Position numbers and translations under genes: made by a program. From contig CAZCBW010000004.1 in NCBI GenBank assembly GCA_964497065.1, positions 40,207 to 104,206 on the forward strand: DNA of 64,000 nt, given 5' to 3'. The notes under the pieces are model-generated. The model saw nothing but the letters and a program-made list of their open reading frames with translations, did not search any database and had not been told where the DNA came from. This document shows, piece after piece, positions 28,902-40,545 of this stretch. Each line of letters starts with the position of its first letter. The stretch's first letter is position 1. This DNA comes from an uncultured Candidatus Brevefilum sp. (lineage in GTDB: Bacteria > Chloroflexota > Anaerolineae > Anaerolineales > Anaerolineaceae).

Positions 28902-28943
28902 ATTCACCATTCACTAATATCTAATCCCCAATCACAATTCACT
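28902..28943 (-). repeat. Degenerate heptamer array (6 units)
   Basis: ATTCACC ATTCACT AATATCT AATCCCC AATCACA ATTCACT; 7-nt period. Confidence 0.5.
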
Positions 28944-29019
28944 GTCTCCTCCCTATTCCATTTTGTTTTTGGGTATGATATACTAAATCCGCTGTCAAAA
29001 TGATGTGACAGTCAAATTT

Positions 29020-29095
29020 CACACGCTTCCGGATTTGTCCTGCGTGCCCATATGATGGGTGAGGGACAAGCCAGAAGGAGGCGGAGGACTAAAAC
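29020..29095 (+). promoter_or_regulatory. rpsB (S2) autoregulatory leader
   Basis: CACACGC start, TTGTCC/GGGACAA and CCCA/TGGG nested stems, and a GGAGG...AAAC end, directly upstream of rpsB. Confidence 0.55.
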
Positions 29096-29111
29096 GCAAA
29101 GGAGTTATAAA

Positions 29112-30188
<1,077 letters not shown>

Positions 30189-30236
30189 AGCGGTCCTCTT
30201 TTACAGCCTTAAGATTAGATAGGAAAGCAAATAAAG

Positions 30237-30863
30237 ATGGAAATTACTACTGAGATGATCAAAGAACTGCGGGAGGCCACCGGATGCGGCATTCTCGATT
30301 GCCGGGCAGCGCTTCGTGATGCCGACGGTGATTTTGATAAAGCCAGCGATATCCTGCGTGAGAAAGGCCTGGCCAAGGCCGCAAAACGAGCCGGGCGTGA
30401 AGCCTCTGAAGGCGTGATCGAAGTCTATACCCATGGAGAAGGCCGCATGGCCGTGATGGTTGAAGTCAACTGTGAGACTGACTTTGTGGGCCGCTCACCA
30501 GACTTTCTCAATCTCTCCCACGAAATTGCACTGCAAATTGCAGCAGCGAACCCTCTGTATGTAAGCGAGGAAGAAATACCCCAGGCTGTTCTGGATCACG
30601 AGAGCCAGATCGCTGCTGCCCGTTCCAAGGAAGAGGGCAAGCCAGACAATATCATCCCCAAGATCGTCGAAGGTTACCTCAAGAAGTACAAAGAGGAAAC
30701 GGTCTTGATGAACCAGCCCTATGTCCGTGACGGCAGTTTGACGGTGAATGATCTAATCAATGAGCAGGTCAGTAAACTTGGAGAGAAGATTGTCGTCCGC
30801 CGGTTCGTCCGGTGGGAACTCGGCGCTGATTCTGGCGTTGAGGAAGACGAAGAAGAAGGATAA
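30237..30863 (+). CDS. tsf: Translation elongation factor Ts (short form)
   Basis: IKELRE.TG.GILDC..AL, R.ASEG, VEVNCETDFV and VRRFVRWELG motifs. Confidence 0.97.
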   Translation: MEITTEMIKELREATGCGILDCRAALRDADGDFDKASDILREKGLAKAAKRAGREASEGVIEVYTHGEGRMAVMVEVNCETDFVGRSPDFLNLSHEIALQIAAANPLYVSEEEIPQAVLDHESQIAAARSKEEGKPDNIIPKIVEGYLKKYKEETVLMNQPYVRDGSLTVNDLINEQVSKLGEKIVVRRFVRWELGADSGVEEDEEEG

Positions 30864-30867
30864 CATG

Positions 30868-30901
30868 AACAAAGGCCAGCCGCAAGGTTGGCCTTTGTTT
30901 T
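30868..30901 (+). terminator. Intrinsic terminator after tsf
   Basis: AACAAAGGCCAGCC-GCAA-GGTTGGCCTTTGTT followed by TT. Confidence 0.75.
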
Positions 30902-30911
30902 AGCAGTTTGA

Positions 30912-31667
<756 letters not shown>

Positions 31668-31690
31668 AGCTTGCCGCGATTTGATTAATT

Positions 31691-31791
31691 GTAACTGCTC
31701 AGTTTGCCCTGTAAAATAACGGTTGGGGGTGTGGTGTGGCGGCTTCGCCGCCACACCACACCCCCCATTTCCTCATCAGCAGAGTAGGTAC
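31691..31791 (+). mobile_element. MITE copy 3 (101 bp)
   Basis: Termini GTAACTGCTCAG / CAGAGTAGGTAC; same hairpin with TTC loop; perfect 8-bp flanking repeat GATTAATT (31683-31690, 31792-31799). Confidence 0.9.
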
Positions 31792-31921
31792 GATTAATTC
31801 AACTGATTGGCAGTCGATTAAATTGACTTGAACTGGGATCGCTTTCCCAGATCACGCCTCGGGCAGGGGTTGACCTTGACCGATGTGGGGATATCGAATA
31901 GAATTTAACGCCTGAAACAAA

Positions 31922-31994
31922 GCCCTCGTAGCTTAATGGATAGAGCAACTGCTTGCGGAGCAGTAGGTTGTGCGTTCGAATCGCACCGAGGGTA
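31922..31994 (+). tRNA. tRNA-Arg (anticodon GCG)
   Basis: Cloverleaf: GCCCTCG/CGAGGGT acceptor, GCTT/GAGC D-arm, ACTGC-TTGCGGA-GCAGT anticodon arm, GTGCG-TTCGAAT-CGCAC T-arm. CCA not encoded. Confidence 0.93.
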
Positions 31995-32188
31995 TTGATT
32001 ATAAAATTGGGGGGTTTGATTGATAACTCATTGTCATCTGGAACTGGGTATTTGGAATCAGGTTTATTTATTTAAGTAGAATTTAAATTTATTTAGTTAT
32101 TAGTTGATCAACTTGCTTTACAGGTGGCTCTCATATTTCTGAATTGGCTGACAGGACCATAATGATAACCGGGTAGAATCGTGGTGCC

Positions 32189-34246
32189 ATGAAATCTGCC
32201 AAAATGGAAAAATTAACAAAAACACCGTTCTTTGTACCGCTGGTCTTACTGGTGGTCTGTGTACTTGCGTACGGCTTATTGGCCCCCACCCTGGGGCTTT
32301 ACTGGGATGATTGGCCTTATGCGCTTTCCTATCACCGGTTCGGTCCGGCCGGGTATCCAGCTTTCGTGGCCTCTGACCGCCCCTATTCAGCCTGGATCTT
32401 CATGGGTCTGACCTGGCTGCTGGGTGAAAATCCACTGGGATATCATATCACCGGTATTGTGTTGTATTGGTTATGTGCGGTCTTGTTTTGGAAGCTTTTT
32501 AGACTTGTCTGGCCAACAAGGCATAACGAAGCCCTATGGGCCGGGCTGTTATTTGCCGTCTATCCTGGTTTTTTAGGCCAGCCAAAAACGATCATTTACA
32601 ACCATCACTTTATCACCATGGCGCTGTACTTGTTTTCACTGGTTGGCAACGTTAATGCTGTAAAGCATTCTAAAGGTTGGCCCTGGCATATCCCGGCAGT
32701 GCTGGCGATGGTCATCAGTCAGTTTTCAATCGAATATTATTTGGGGTGGGAGATTATTCGTCCTACCCTGGTTTGGATTGTGCTGTCGGCCCAGGCAGGG
32801 TCAGACCTGGTCAATAGAATACGTGCTGTATTAAAACACTTATGGCCCTATTGGCTGGGAACCATGGCATTTATTGTATGGCGTTTTTTCATCTTCAAAT
32901 TTCCGACCTATCAACCAGTCGTTAGTGATGAAGGGGTGAATATCAACCTGCGCTGGTTGGTACATATTCTCTCACAAATATTTGATGCTGTAGTATTGGC
33001 CTGGGGACGCTCCCTGCCTTTTTTATCGGCGCAGGATTACAGCGAGCCTTTTTGGCTAGCCTTCCTGGTATTAACGATCTTTTCCGCAGGTTTAGTTTTC
33101 TTTTTGCTGATTTATTATCACCGCAATAATGAAGATCGATTTGACAATCGAACTGACCTTGGGGATCGCTTCGCATTTTCGGCATTGATAACAGCCCTTT
33201 TGGGTATCTTTGCTGCCGGGTGGCCTTTCTGGTTGGTGGACCTGGAACTCAGTATTACAAGCCGGTTTCGCAGCCGCTTCACGCTGGCATTCATTCCCTG
33301 GGCAGTACTGCTTTTTGTGGTAATTTTACATGCAGTTTTCAGCCATAAACGCATTTGGCTGAAACAGGTTGTACTGGCATTCACAGCTCTGGTTGTGGGC
33401 GGGTCAGTGGGATGGCATTTTTGGAATGCAAATTATTACCGTAATGATTGGATTGAGGTCCAGCGATATTTTCAGCAATTGGTGACCCGGGCTCCCGGGA
33501 TCAAACCAGGAACGACACTGGTCGTGAATGATATGCGCTCTATCACGCTTTACCAGGATGATTCACTGGCATCCATCCTCAACTGGACTTATGATCCAGA
33601 GAACCGCACGACGGATCTGGACTATATGATGTTTTACCTCAGCGTACGGCTGGGTAACGATCTATCAGCTTTAAAACCAGGGCTGCCCATTGAAAAACCC
33701 TTCCGCTCGATGCACTTCTCGGGGTCCACAGACCAAATTTTGGTGGTGCATTATGATCCGCCTGGCTGCCTGCGGGTCATTGACGGCAGCCGACCGGATT
33801 TCGTGCCGTTGACCCTGCCCGATAAACTGGTGCCTGCTGTACCGCTTTCAGATATCAGCCTGATTAATACCGATCCGGTTTTTCCTGCTGCACCACCGGC
33901 TGCTTTCTTTGATCTCTCTGAACCAACTTCGTGGTGTTTGTATTATCAAGCGGCAGAACTGGCAGCACAGCGAGGAGATTGGGGGCAGGTGGCTGAGATC
34001 GGCGTTATCGCTTATACCAGGGATGACCTGCCGAATGAGCTGACTGAGCATTTTGTTTTTATTGAAGGCTATCTCCGCACTGGCCGGTTCGAGGATGCGC
34101 TGGTATTAAGTCAACCACTGTTTGAAACTGGTGATATGGGCATTAACAACCTGTTGTGTACTTTGTGGGGTGAAGCCGCGCAGGAGTCTGATGATTCCGG
34201 ATTTAACCTCGATGATGTATTAACTCAATTCTGTGAGCCATCATGA
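32189..34246 (+). CDS. Polytopic membrane protein, GT-C (ArnT/PMT-like) glycosyltransferase-like
   Basis: N-terminal GLYWDDW acidic loop, about 11 TM segments and a C-terminal soluble domain. Confidence 0.6.
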   Translation: MKSAKMEKLTKTPFFVPLVLLVVCVLAYGLLAPTLGLYWDDWPYALSYHRFGPAGYPAFVASDRPYSAWIFMGLTWLLGENPLGYHITGIVLYWLCAVLFWKLFRLVWPTRHNEALWAGLLFAVYPGFLGQPKTIIYNHHFITMALYLFSLVGNVNAVKHSKGWPWHIPAVLAMVISQFSIEYYLGWEIIRPTLVWIVLSAQAGSDLVNRIRAVLKHLWPYWLGTMAFIVWRFFIFKFPTYQPVVSDEGVNINLRWLVHILSQIFDAVVLAWGRSLPFLSAQDYSEPFWLAFLVLTIFSAGLVFFLLIYYHRNNEDRFDNRTDLGDRFAFSALITALLGIFAAGWPFWLVDLELSITSRFRSRFTLAFIPWAVLLFVVILHAVFSHKRIWLKQVVLAFTALVVGGSVGWHFWNANYYRNDWIEVQRYFQQLVTRAPGIKPGTTLVVNDMRSITLYQDDSLASILNWTYDPENRTTDLDYMMFYLSVRLGNDLSALKPGLPIEKPFRSMHFSGSTDQILVVHYDPPGCLRVIDGSRPDFVPLTLPDKLVPAVPLSDISLINTDPVFPAAPPAAFFDLSEPTSWCLYYQAAELAAQRGDWGQVAEIGVIAYTRDDLPNELTEHFVFIEGYLRTGRFEDALVLSQPLFETGDMGINNLLCTLWGEAAQESDDSGFNLDDVLTQFCEPS

Positions 34247-34443
34247 GGCTTATTGAATACAACATTATGATCAAGCGTGGGGGTTATCAAAATAGGATAT
34301 TCGCTCATTTTTAATTAGATTTAGTCACAAGTTGATATCCATGGTTGACCCTACTATTTTTAGATAATGAGATCCAATCATAAATATTCGGATAATACGA
34401 TAATAATGATTATAATTATCATAAATACTAAATATTTAATTTA

Positions 34444-35751
34444 TTGAAAGTGTATATGATGTTTAAAAAATTTAATCTCTCAAAAAAATCAGCCATCTGG
34501 CTTACATCAATCCTGGCTATAAAAATATTGGTCGGGTTCGTGGTGGTTTCATTTTCTATCAACAGGCTGCCGGTATTTGCCCAAGAGACAGGGGACTTCC
34601 CTGAAATTGCGTTTATTGAAACAGCATCCGGGCTTGACCGACCGGTTCAGATCACCCATGCTGGTGATGACAGCGGACGCTTATTTATCGTTGAACAACC
34701 TGGCAGAATCCACATTTTAGAAGGGGGCAGCCTGCTTTCGACGCCTTTCTTGGACATTCAAGACAGGGTGCTTTCACCAGCAATAGGTGGTGGGAATGAA
34801 GAGGGTTTGCTCAGTGTAGCTTTCCCGGACGATTTCTATGACCGGGGGTATTTCTTTGTCTATTACACCACTCGGGATGGTGATAACCGGGTTGCTCGGT
34901 TTTCTGTTGGTAATGAGATGAACCTGGCTGACCCTGATTCGGAGCTCTTGGTCATCCATCTTTCGCACCCGACTTATTCAAACCATAATGGCGGGCAGAT
35001 GGCATTTGGGCCAGACGGCTTTCTGTATATTGGCACGGGTGACGGCGGAGGCGGGGGCGATCCCCTTAGGAATGGGCAGAACCCAGACTCGTTGAATGGC
35101 AAGATCTTGCGAATTGATGTCAGCACGATGGTACCTGTATCGATCAATGGTGACCATGAATATTATATGCCGCTTATTTGCGGCAATGGGGATCCGATGG
35201 TTGGTTTCTATCGCATTCCTGAAGATAATCCTTTTATCGACAACGAAGACTATCGTCCTGAAATTTGGGCACTTGGTATGCGCAATCCATGGCGTTTTTC
35301 CTTTGATCGGGAAACCAGTGACCTGTATATTGCCGATGTCGGGCAAAACCGCTGGGAAGAGATCAATTTTCAGCCAGCAGTCAGCCCCGGTGGAGAAAAT
35401 TACGGCTGGAACTTCATGGAAGGCGAAGAATGCTACCCGTCTGGATCTTGCGATACCACTGGGCTGACTATGCCCGTCCATATTTACCCGATTTTTTCAT
35501 CTTCTAATTGTTCGGTCACAGGTGGTTATGTTTACCGTGGTGAAGCTATTCAAGGTCTTCAGGGCATCTATGTCTTTGGTGATTTCTGCAGCGGCAGAGT
35601 TTGGGGATTAGAAAATACTACCGAGACGTGGGCGCATGGTTTACTTTCCAGCACGGGTTATCGCATCAGTGCTTTTGGCGAAGATCAGGCTGGTGAGCTT
35701 TACCTGGCTGACCTTTCTGGCGGCGTGATTTATCAATTAGTCCAGCCGTAA
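34444..35751 (+). CDS. PQQ-dependent sugar dehydrogenase (GSDH/sorbosone dehydrogenase family), secreted
   Basis: GRLFIVEQPG, EEGLLSVAF, NHNGGQMAFGPDGFLYIGTGDGG, GKILRIDV, EIWALGMRNPWRFSFD, DVGQN.WEEIN and NYGW motifs. Confidence 0.9.
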   Translation: MKVYMMFKKFNLSKKSAIWLTSILAIKILVGFVVVSFSINRLPVFAQETGDFPEIAFIETASGLDRPVQITHAGDDSGRLFIVEQPGRIHILEGGSLLSTPFLDIQDRVLSPAIGGGNEEGLLSVAFPDDFYDRGYFFVYYTTRDGDNRVARFSVGNEMNLADPDSELLVIHLSHPTYSNHNGGQMAFGPDGFLYIGTGDGGGGGDPLRNGQNPDSLNGKILRIDVSTMVPVSINGDHEYYMPLICGNGDPMVGFYRIPEDNPFIDNEDYRPEIWALGMRNPWRFSFDRETSDLYIADVGQNRWEEINFQPAVSPGGENYGWNFMEGEECYPSGSCDTTGLTMPVHIYPIFSSSNCSVTGGYVYRGEAIQGLQGIYVFGDFCSGRVWGLENTTETWAHGLLSSTGYRISAFGEDQAGELYLADLSGGVIYQLVQP

Positions 35752-36004
35752 TTCGATTTTAATTCCCTGGTCAAAAATTAAACAGATGAACACCAAAACC
35801 ACAAATGAATTTTATGACAGGAATATGATAATTAGTCATTAGTTAATCTTAGCCAACCAATGTATATCATGCTGGACGCCAAGAAATTCCCCTGTACTAA
35901 AACAAGTCGATTACTGGTAAAATCACACACTTATAATTAAATTAATTGTCCTGCTGCAAAATCAGATAGTATGTACCATATTCTTAGTCCAACTACAGGA
36001 AATC

Positions 36005-37363
36005 ATGTACAAGAGAACTTATTATATTGAAGGCATGCATTGCCCAGCCTGTGAAGCTTTTATCGAACGGTCTTTATTTGCTTTAAAAGATATTGAGCGT
36101 GTAAAGGTATCTTTGGCAGATTCGAGCCTTGTTATTCATGCTGTTTCTTCTAAGGCTCTCCCATCCTTGAGTAAACTGAATCAAATGTTTAATCAGGATG
36201 GGTATATTTTTTCTGATCGGCCTTTAAAAAATCACCCGCACACTAAGAAAACCCTGGCAGCGATAGGCTTATTTTTATTAATCGTTTTGCTTTTCTTTAT
36301 TCTTGAACGATCACCGCTGCTTTCATTTTTATATATTGAATCATCATCAAACCTATTGGCTTTTACACTCTTTGGTATTGCCGCTGGTTTTTCCAGTTGT
36401 GCTGCTCTGGTAGGCAGCCTGCTTTTAGCTGTTCAAGATGGATGGGTGGATCACCAAAACTCCCTAGTCAGTGAAAGAATCAAACCACTGTTTCTTTTTA
36501 ATGGTGCCAGGCTGATTACCTTTGCAGTTTTTGGGGGATTACTGGGTGCTTTGGGCAGTGTATTTCAATTTTCATTGCAGGCTTCGGCTGTTCTAACAGT
36601 TCTTATATCCATATTGATATTTATCATCGGTATGCAGATGCTTGGCGTGAAGATTTTTCAAAAATTATCTTTGAATTTGACGGGGCATTGGGTCAGCAAA
36701 ATAACAAATCGGCCGGGTCTGCATCAAAAAATGATGCCGGCACTTTTTGGCATGGTCACATTTTTTGTGCCCTGTGGTTTTACATTGATTGCCCAATCTC
36801 AGGCTTTGCAGTCAGGTAATTTATTTGATGGCCTGGCAATCCTTCTGTCATTTGCGTTAGGAACCTTACCTGTACTGGTCATGATCAGCCTGACCAGTGT
36901 CAAGTTTCATAAGAATCCTAAATTCGCATCTACGTTCAGGCTGCTTTCAGGGTTATTGATTGTCTTCTTTTCGATTTATACAATCAGCTCACAGGTCAGA
37001 ATTATTGAGCCATCTACCTTGTGGCGAAACACAGCCAATCAGGCACAGTCACCAACAGACCCGATCGATGATGTAGCGATCAACCAGGGCTCTGAATATC
37101 AGCTGATGCAAATGGAAGCCAGGGGTTTTGAGTATGTCCCTGATCTGATCACAATCAAAGCCGGCATGCCAACGCGTTTTGAAATCACCAGGAATGATGC
37201 CATCGGGTGTGCAAATGCAGTTTATGCCAGGGGAATTTACCCTGATGTGATTTTCCTCAACCCTGGATTAAACGTTGTTGAGTTTATTGCACCAGAGCCT
37301 GGCACCTACCAGATTTCCTGTTCTATGTGGATGGTGAACCCCATCACTGTTGTTGTAGAGTAA
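36005..37363 (+). CDS. HMA + DsbD_2 (TauE/UreH-like) + cupredoxin-domain metal-handling membrane protein
   Basis: IEGMHCPACE heavy-metal motif; SSCAALVG and VPCGFT transmembrane cysteines; SFALGTLP; C-terminal GC.NAV...YQISCSMWM. Confidence 0.8.
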   Translation: MYKRTYYIEGMHCPACEAFIERSLFALKDIERVKVSLADSSLVIHAVSSKALPSLSKLNQMFNQDGYIFSDRPLKNHPHTKKTLAAIGLFLLIVLLFFILERSPLLSFLYIESSSNLLAFTLFGIAAGFSSCAALVGSLLLAVQDGWVDHQNSLVSERIKPLFLFNGARLITFAVFGGLLGALGSVFQFSLQASAVLTVLISILIFIIGMQMLGVKIFQKLSLNLTGHWVSKITNRPGLHQKMMPALFGMVTFFVPCGFTLIAQSQALQSGNLFDGLAILLSFALGTLPVLVMISLTSVKFHKNPKFASTFRLLSGLLIVFFSIYTISSQVRIIEPSTLWRNTANQAQSPTDPIDDVAINQGSEYQLMQMEARGFEYVPDLITIKAGMPTRFEITRNDAIGCANAVYARGIYPDVIFLNPGLNVVEFIAPEPGTYQISCSMWMVNPITVVVE

Positions 37364-37428
37364 ATAAATTTTGGGCAAATAAAAACAGTCCAAGATGATA
37401 TCAGGAATTTAATAAAAGGATTAATGGG

Positions 37429-37788
37429 GTGAAAAAATCCTTGACACTACTCGTGTTCTTATTGCTTGTTTCTTGCACAAGAATTGGACCAGGGTCATCA
37501 CTGGTTGAAACTCCCAACGCCGGGTTATCCCAGGCTGATATAGTTTTTGAGCACTTCATTGGTCACCAGATGAACCGTATTACGGCGATCTATTATGGTG
37601 AAAACGCTGAGTGGATTGGATCGGTGCGTTCTGGGCGGCTTGTAGATGCCCAGCTGACCGTGCTATCCCAGGCATTATATGCCTATGGTAAGCTTGACCC
37701 TCAGTTGGATCTTGTGCTTAGGGAAGTATTGGATGACCGTGCCCGGGGGATTCAATGCCCCTTAAACCAGGGCGCACTTGGGTTGTAA
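37429..37788 (+). pseudogene. Truncated DUF3048-like lipoprotein paralog
   Basis: VSC lipobox, then AGLSQADIVFEHFIG..MNR..AIYYG.N.E..GSVRSGRLVDAQL matching the downstream gene. Lacks the linker and ends after 119 aa. Confidence 0.7.
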
Positions 37789-37909
37789 TCGTTGGGTTAA
37801 ACTCAAAAGTATCTAAACCTGAAGAAGATTTCTGGCGAATAGATTTTTTCATACCTTAATTTAATCCTTCTTTCATATGGGTTTAACCTTGCTGTGTTAA
37901 ACTCGCCCT

Positions 37910-39024
37910 ATGGCTAAAATAAAAACCCTTCATCTTATTTTTGTCTTGTTATTTTTAAGCGCTTGCAGGTTCTTAACGTACTCCATTTCAGATTTTCTCC
38001 CAGAACCAGAACAAACCCCAGAAAGCCAGGCAGAGGTTCCAATTACGCCTGAGGTTGACCTCCAACCTGGGATCAACCCGCTGACAGGTCTGCCTCCATC
38101 TGACCCGGCACTTATGGACCGAAAACCCGTGATGATCAAAGTTGCCAACTGGCCCCGAAGTGGACGCCCACATTCAGGCTGACTCAGGCTGATATCGTCT
38201 TTGAACACTATATCGGGTTTGAGATGAACCGCTTCCTGGCGATTTACTACGGTGATAACTCAGAAAAAGTCGGCCCGCTTCGCTCAGGCAGGTTGGTGGA
38301 TGCCCAACTGGCAACGCTTTATCAGGGACTGTTTGCTTATGGTAATGCAGATCCGAAGGTCGAAAAAGTCCTGCTGGCGGATTTGGGTGAGTGTGCTCTG
38401 GCATGGAAACGGGTGCCGTGTCCGCCGGTTTGCGGTAAAACCAGGGATACTGTATCAGGTATGTTTGTGGATTCTGGGGGGGTGACAGAATTTGCCATCA
38501 GCAAAGGCGTAGATAATACTGCTCCTGACCTGAATTCAATGGTGTTCATCCAGAAACCCCCTGACGGTGATTCAAAAGGGAATATGGTACACATAGAATA
38601 TGCCATCGACAGCATCATGGAATGGCATTATCTTCCCAGCAGCGAACGTTACCAACTATGGTCAGACACGATTTATAAACAGGCGACGACTACACCGATG
38701 ATAGATCGAAATAATGGCCAGGAAATCATCTTTGAAAACCTGGTTGTGATGTACGCTGAGTATGTTGAGTATGCGCCCATGTTGCATGATATCTTTATCC
38801 AGAATATTGTTGATCCACAGCCGGCTTTTTTGTTTCGGGATGGGGTGATGGTTAATGCGACCTGGCGTGTGGATGAACCTGATCGGCCGATTGTCTTTGA
38901 AACTCTTGAAGGTGAATCTTTAGCTTTCAAACCTGGCCGCACCTGGTTTGTGATCGTCGGTTTAAGCTCAGAAATGAAGGAAATTCAAGACGGTTCCTGG
39001 TGGGTCAATTTTGAGTTACCATAG
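37910..39024 (+). pseudogene. DUF3048-like lipoprotein with 1-nt frameshift
   Basis: LSAC lipobox; NPLTGLP...KPVMIKVANWPRSGRPHSG then TGA at 38180-38182. The -1 frame continues TQADIVFEHYIG...GPLRSGRLVD...FENLVV...PGRTWF. Confidence 0.8.
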
Positions 39025-39029
39025 AGAGG

Positions 39030-39071
39030 GTGAATTGCGAATTGAGAAATGTGAATAGTGAATAGTGAATG
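39030..39071 (+). repeat. Degenerate heptamer array (6 units)
   Basis: GTGAATT GCGAATT GAGAAAT GTGAATA GTGAATA GTGAATG. Confidence 0.6.
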
Positions 39072-39652
39072 AGAAGAGATTGAGTAGTTTAAATAAGAAA
39101 CAATCAATGCCAGTTATTTCACAATACCTTGACTTGATGGATGCGCAGCGTGAGCAGGTTTTCAGTCTAATTGCGGATATCTCTCATAATGCGCTGTGGA
39201 AGCGGCCAGAATCTACGGAATGGTGTATTGGCGAGATTCTACATCACAATATCTTGCTGTTAGAAAGTATTTTTCCTATCGTAAGATTTTCATGGCGATT
39301 TTTTAGATGGACTGGAAAATTGCTTAAATCAAGGCGTTATCGCACCACGATAAAGGATCCGTACTGCAAGAAAAATTTTCCTCATTGGGTGGGTTTCCTG
39401 TGGAAGCCAAATTACACACCAGAACAATCTGTATCACTTGAGAGGTTGATTACAGAAACACGGCTTGTCCACCAGGAAATCCGGTCTTTTTATGAAGAAA
39501 AAGAGGAAGCCATGTTGGGGAATGTGTTTGTCTTTGATCCCTTATTTGGCTTTCTGAATCTGATCGTGACTCTGCGAATTGGTATCTACCATGATCAACT
39601 GCATTATGAAGATGTGGTTAAAATAGTGAGTGGTGAGTGGTCAAGAAATTGA
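39065..39652 (+). CDS. DinB-family (DinB_2) protein
   Basis: LWKRP...EWCIGEILHH...HDQLH metal-binding His pattern; start uncertain. Confidence 0.75.
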   Translation: MNEKRLSSLNKKQSMPVISQYLDLMDAQREQVFSLIADISHNALWKRPESTEWCIGEILHHNILLLESIFPIVRFSWRFFRWTGKLLKSRRYRTTIKDPYCKKNFPHWVGFLWKPNYTPEQSVSLERLITETRLVHQEIRSFYEEKEEAMLGNVFVFDPLFGFLNLIVTLRIGIYHDQLHYEDVVKIVSGEWSRN

Positions 39653-39704
39653 AAACTATTGTTTTATGAAATATGTTGGTTGGAGTGATTGTTTCTTTAT
39701 TTAT

Positions 39705-40526
39705 TTATAAGTAACTATAAAAAACCACCAGGTAATATCCAAGCATCGCTGCCCAGATCCAGCTGTCGATGCGATCCAGCATCCCGCCATGACCGGGGAT
39801 CAAATTTCCCGTATCCTTAACGTTTGCAGTCCTTTTAAACAGGCTGATCAAGAGATCCCCGATTGGTGTCAAGATTGACAGCAGCAGTCCCATCACAGCG
39901 CCTTGCCAGAGTGGGGTTTGCAAAGGCAGCCAGTCAATACTGCGCCAAAGTAAAATCAGCAGCATACCACTGAGCGTTCCTGTCAGCACGCCGCCAGCAA
40001 AGCCTGCCCAGGTTTTGCCAGGGCTGAGACGCGGTGCCATTTTCTTTTTCCCCAACCAGCGGCCGATAAAATAAGCCCCACAATCAGCCAGCCATACAAC
40101 AGGCAGTGCTGTCAGCATCCAACCTGTGGCATCGGGTAGATTGCGGAAGGGGATGAAAAAGCTGCCAACCCAGCCAATATAGAGGATGCCCATTAAGTTA
40201 ATCGCAAAATTTACCGCCGCATTGGATCTGCCGCTTTCGTGCTGCACCAAGGCGACTATGCTGGTTAACAATATCAGCAATGAAATTAATATTTCAAGAT
40301 AAAAATTGTCTAAAAACCAGCGTTGGAGGATGATCAGAAGGATGCCAATCAGCAGTAAATTAGGAGAAGGCTTGTAGCCGATCTTTTTGAATAAAGTGCT
40401 GAATTCAAACCCTGAAATAAGCAGGATTGCCGTTATAAAAAGGTTAAAAGGCCAGCCGCCTAACCAGATCATAACCAATACGAGGGGAATAAAAATCAGA
40501 ACTGCCTTAACGCGGGTGGCTAACAT
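39705..40526 (-). CDS. cdsA: Phosphatidate cytidylyltransferase
   Basis: WLADCGAYFIGR, KMAPRLSPGKTWAG, GDLLISLFKR and KDTGNLIPGHGGMLDRIDS motifs. Confidence 0.95.
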   Translation of the reverse strand: MLATRVKAVLIFIPLVLVMIWLGGWPFNLFITAILLISGFEFSTLFKKIGYKPSPNLLLIGILLIILQRWFLDNFYLEILISLLILLTSIVALVQHESGRSNAAVNFAINLMGILYIGWVGSFFIPFRNLPDATGWMLTALPVVWLADCGAYFIGRWLGKKKMAPRLSPGKTWAGFAGGVLTGTLSGMLLILLWRSIDWLPLQTPLWQGAVMGLLLSILTPIGDLLISLFKRTANVKDTGNLIPGHGGMLDRIDSWIWAAMLGYYLVVFYSYL

Positions 40527-40545
40527 CAGTGAATCTTCTCGGGAA

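Noticed and set aside
38180-38182. TGA in the DUF3048-like gene as selenocysteine
   Set aside because: The downstream homologous sequence is in the -1 frame, so readthrough would not restore the protein. The paralog has Leu, not Cys, at this position.
31994-39700. Integrative island at tRNA-Arg
   Set aside because: No integrase is present, and I found no repeat of the tRNA 3' end at the far boundary.
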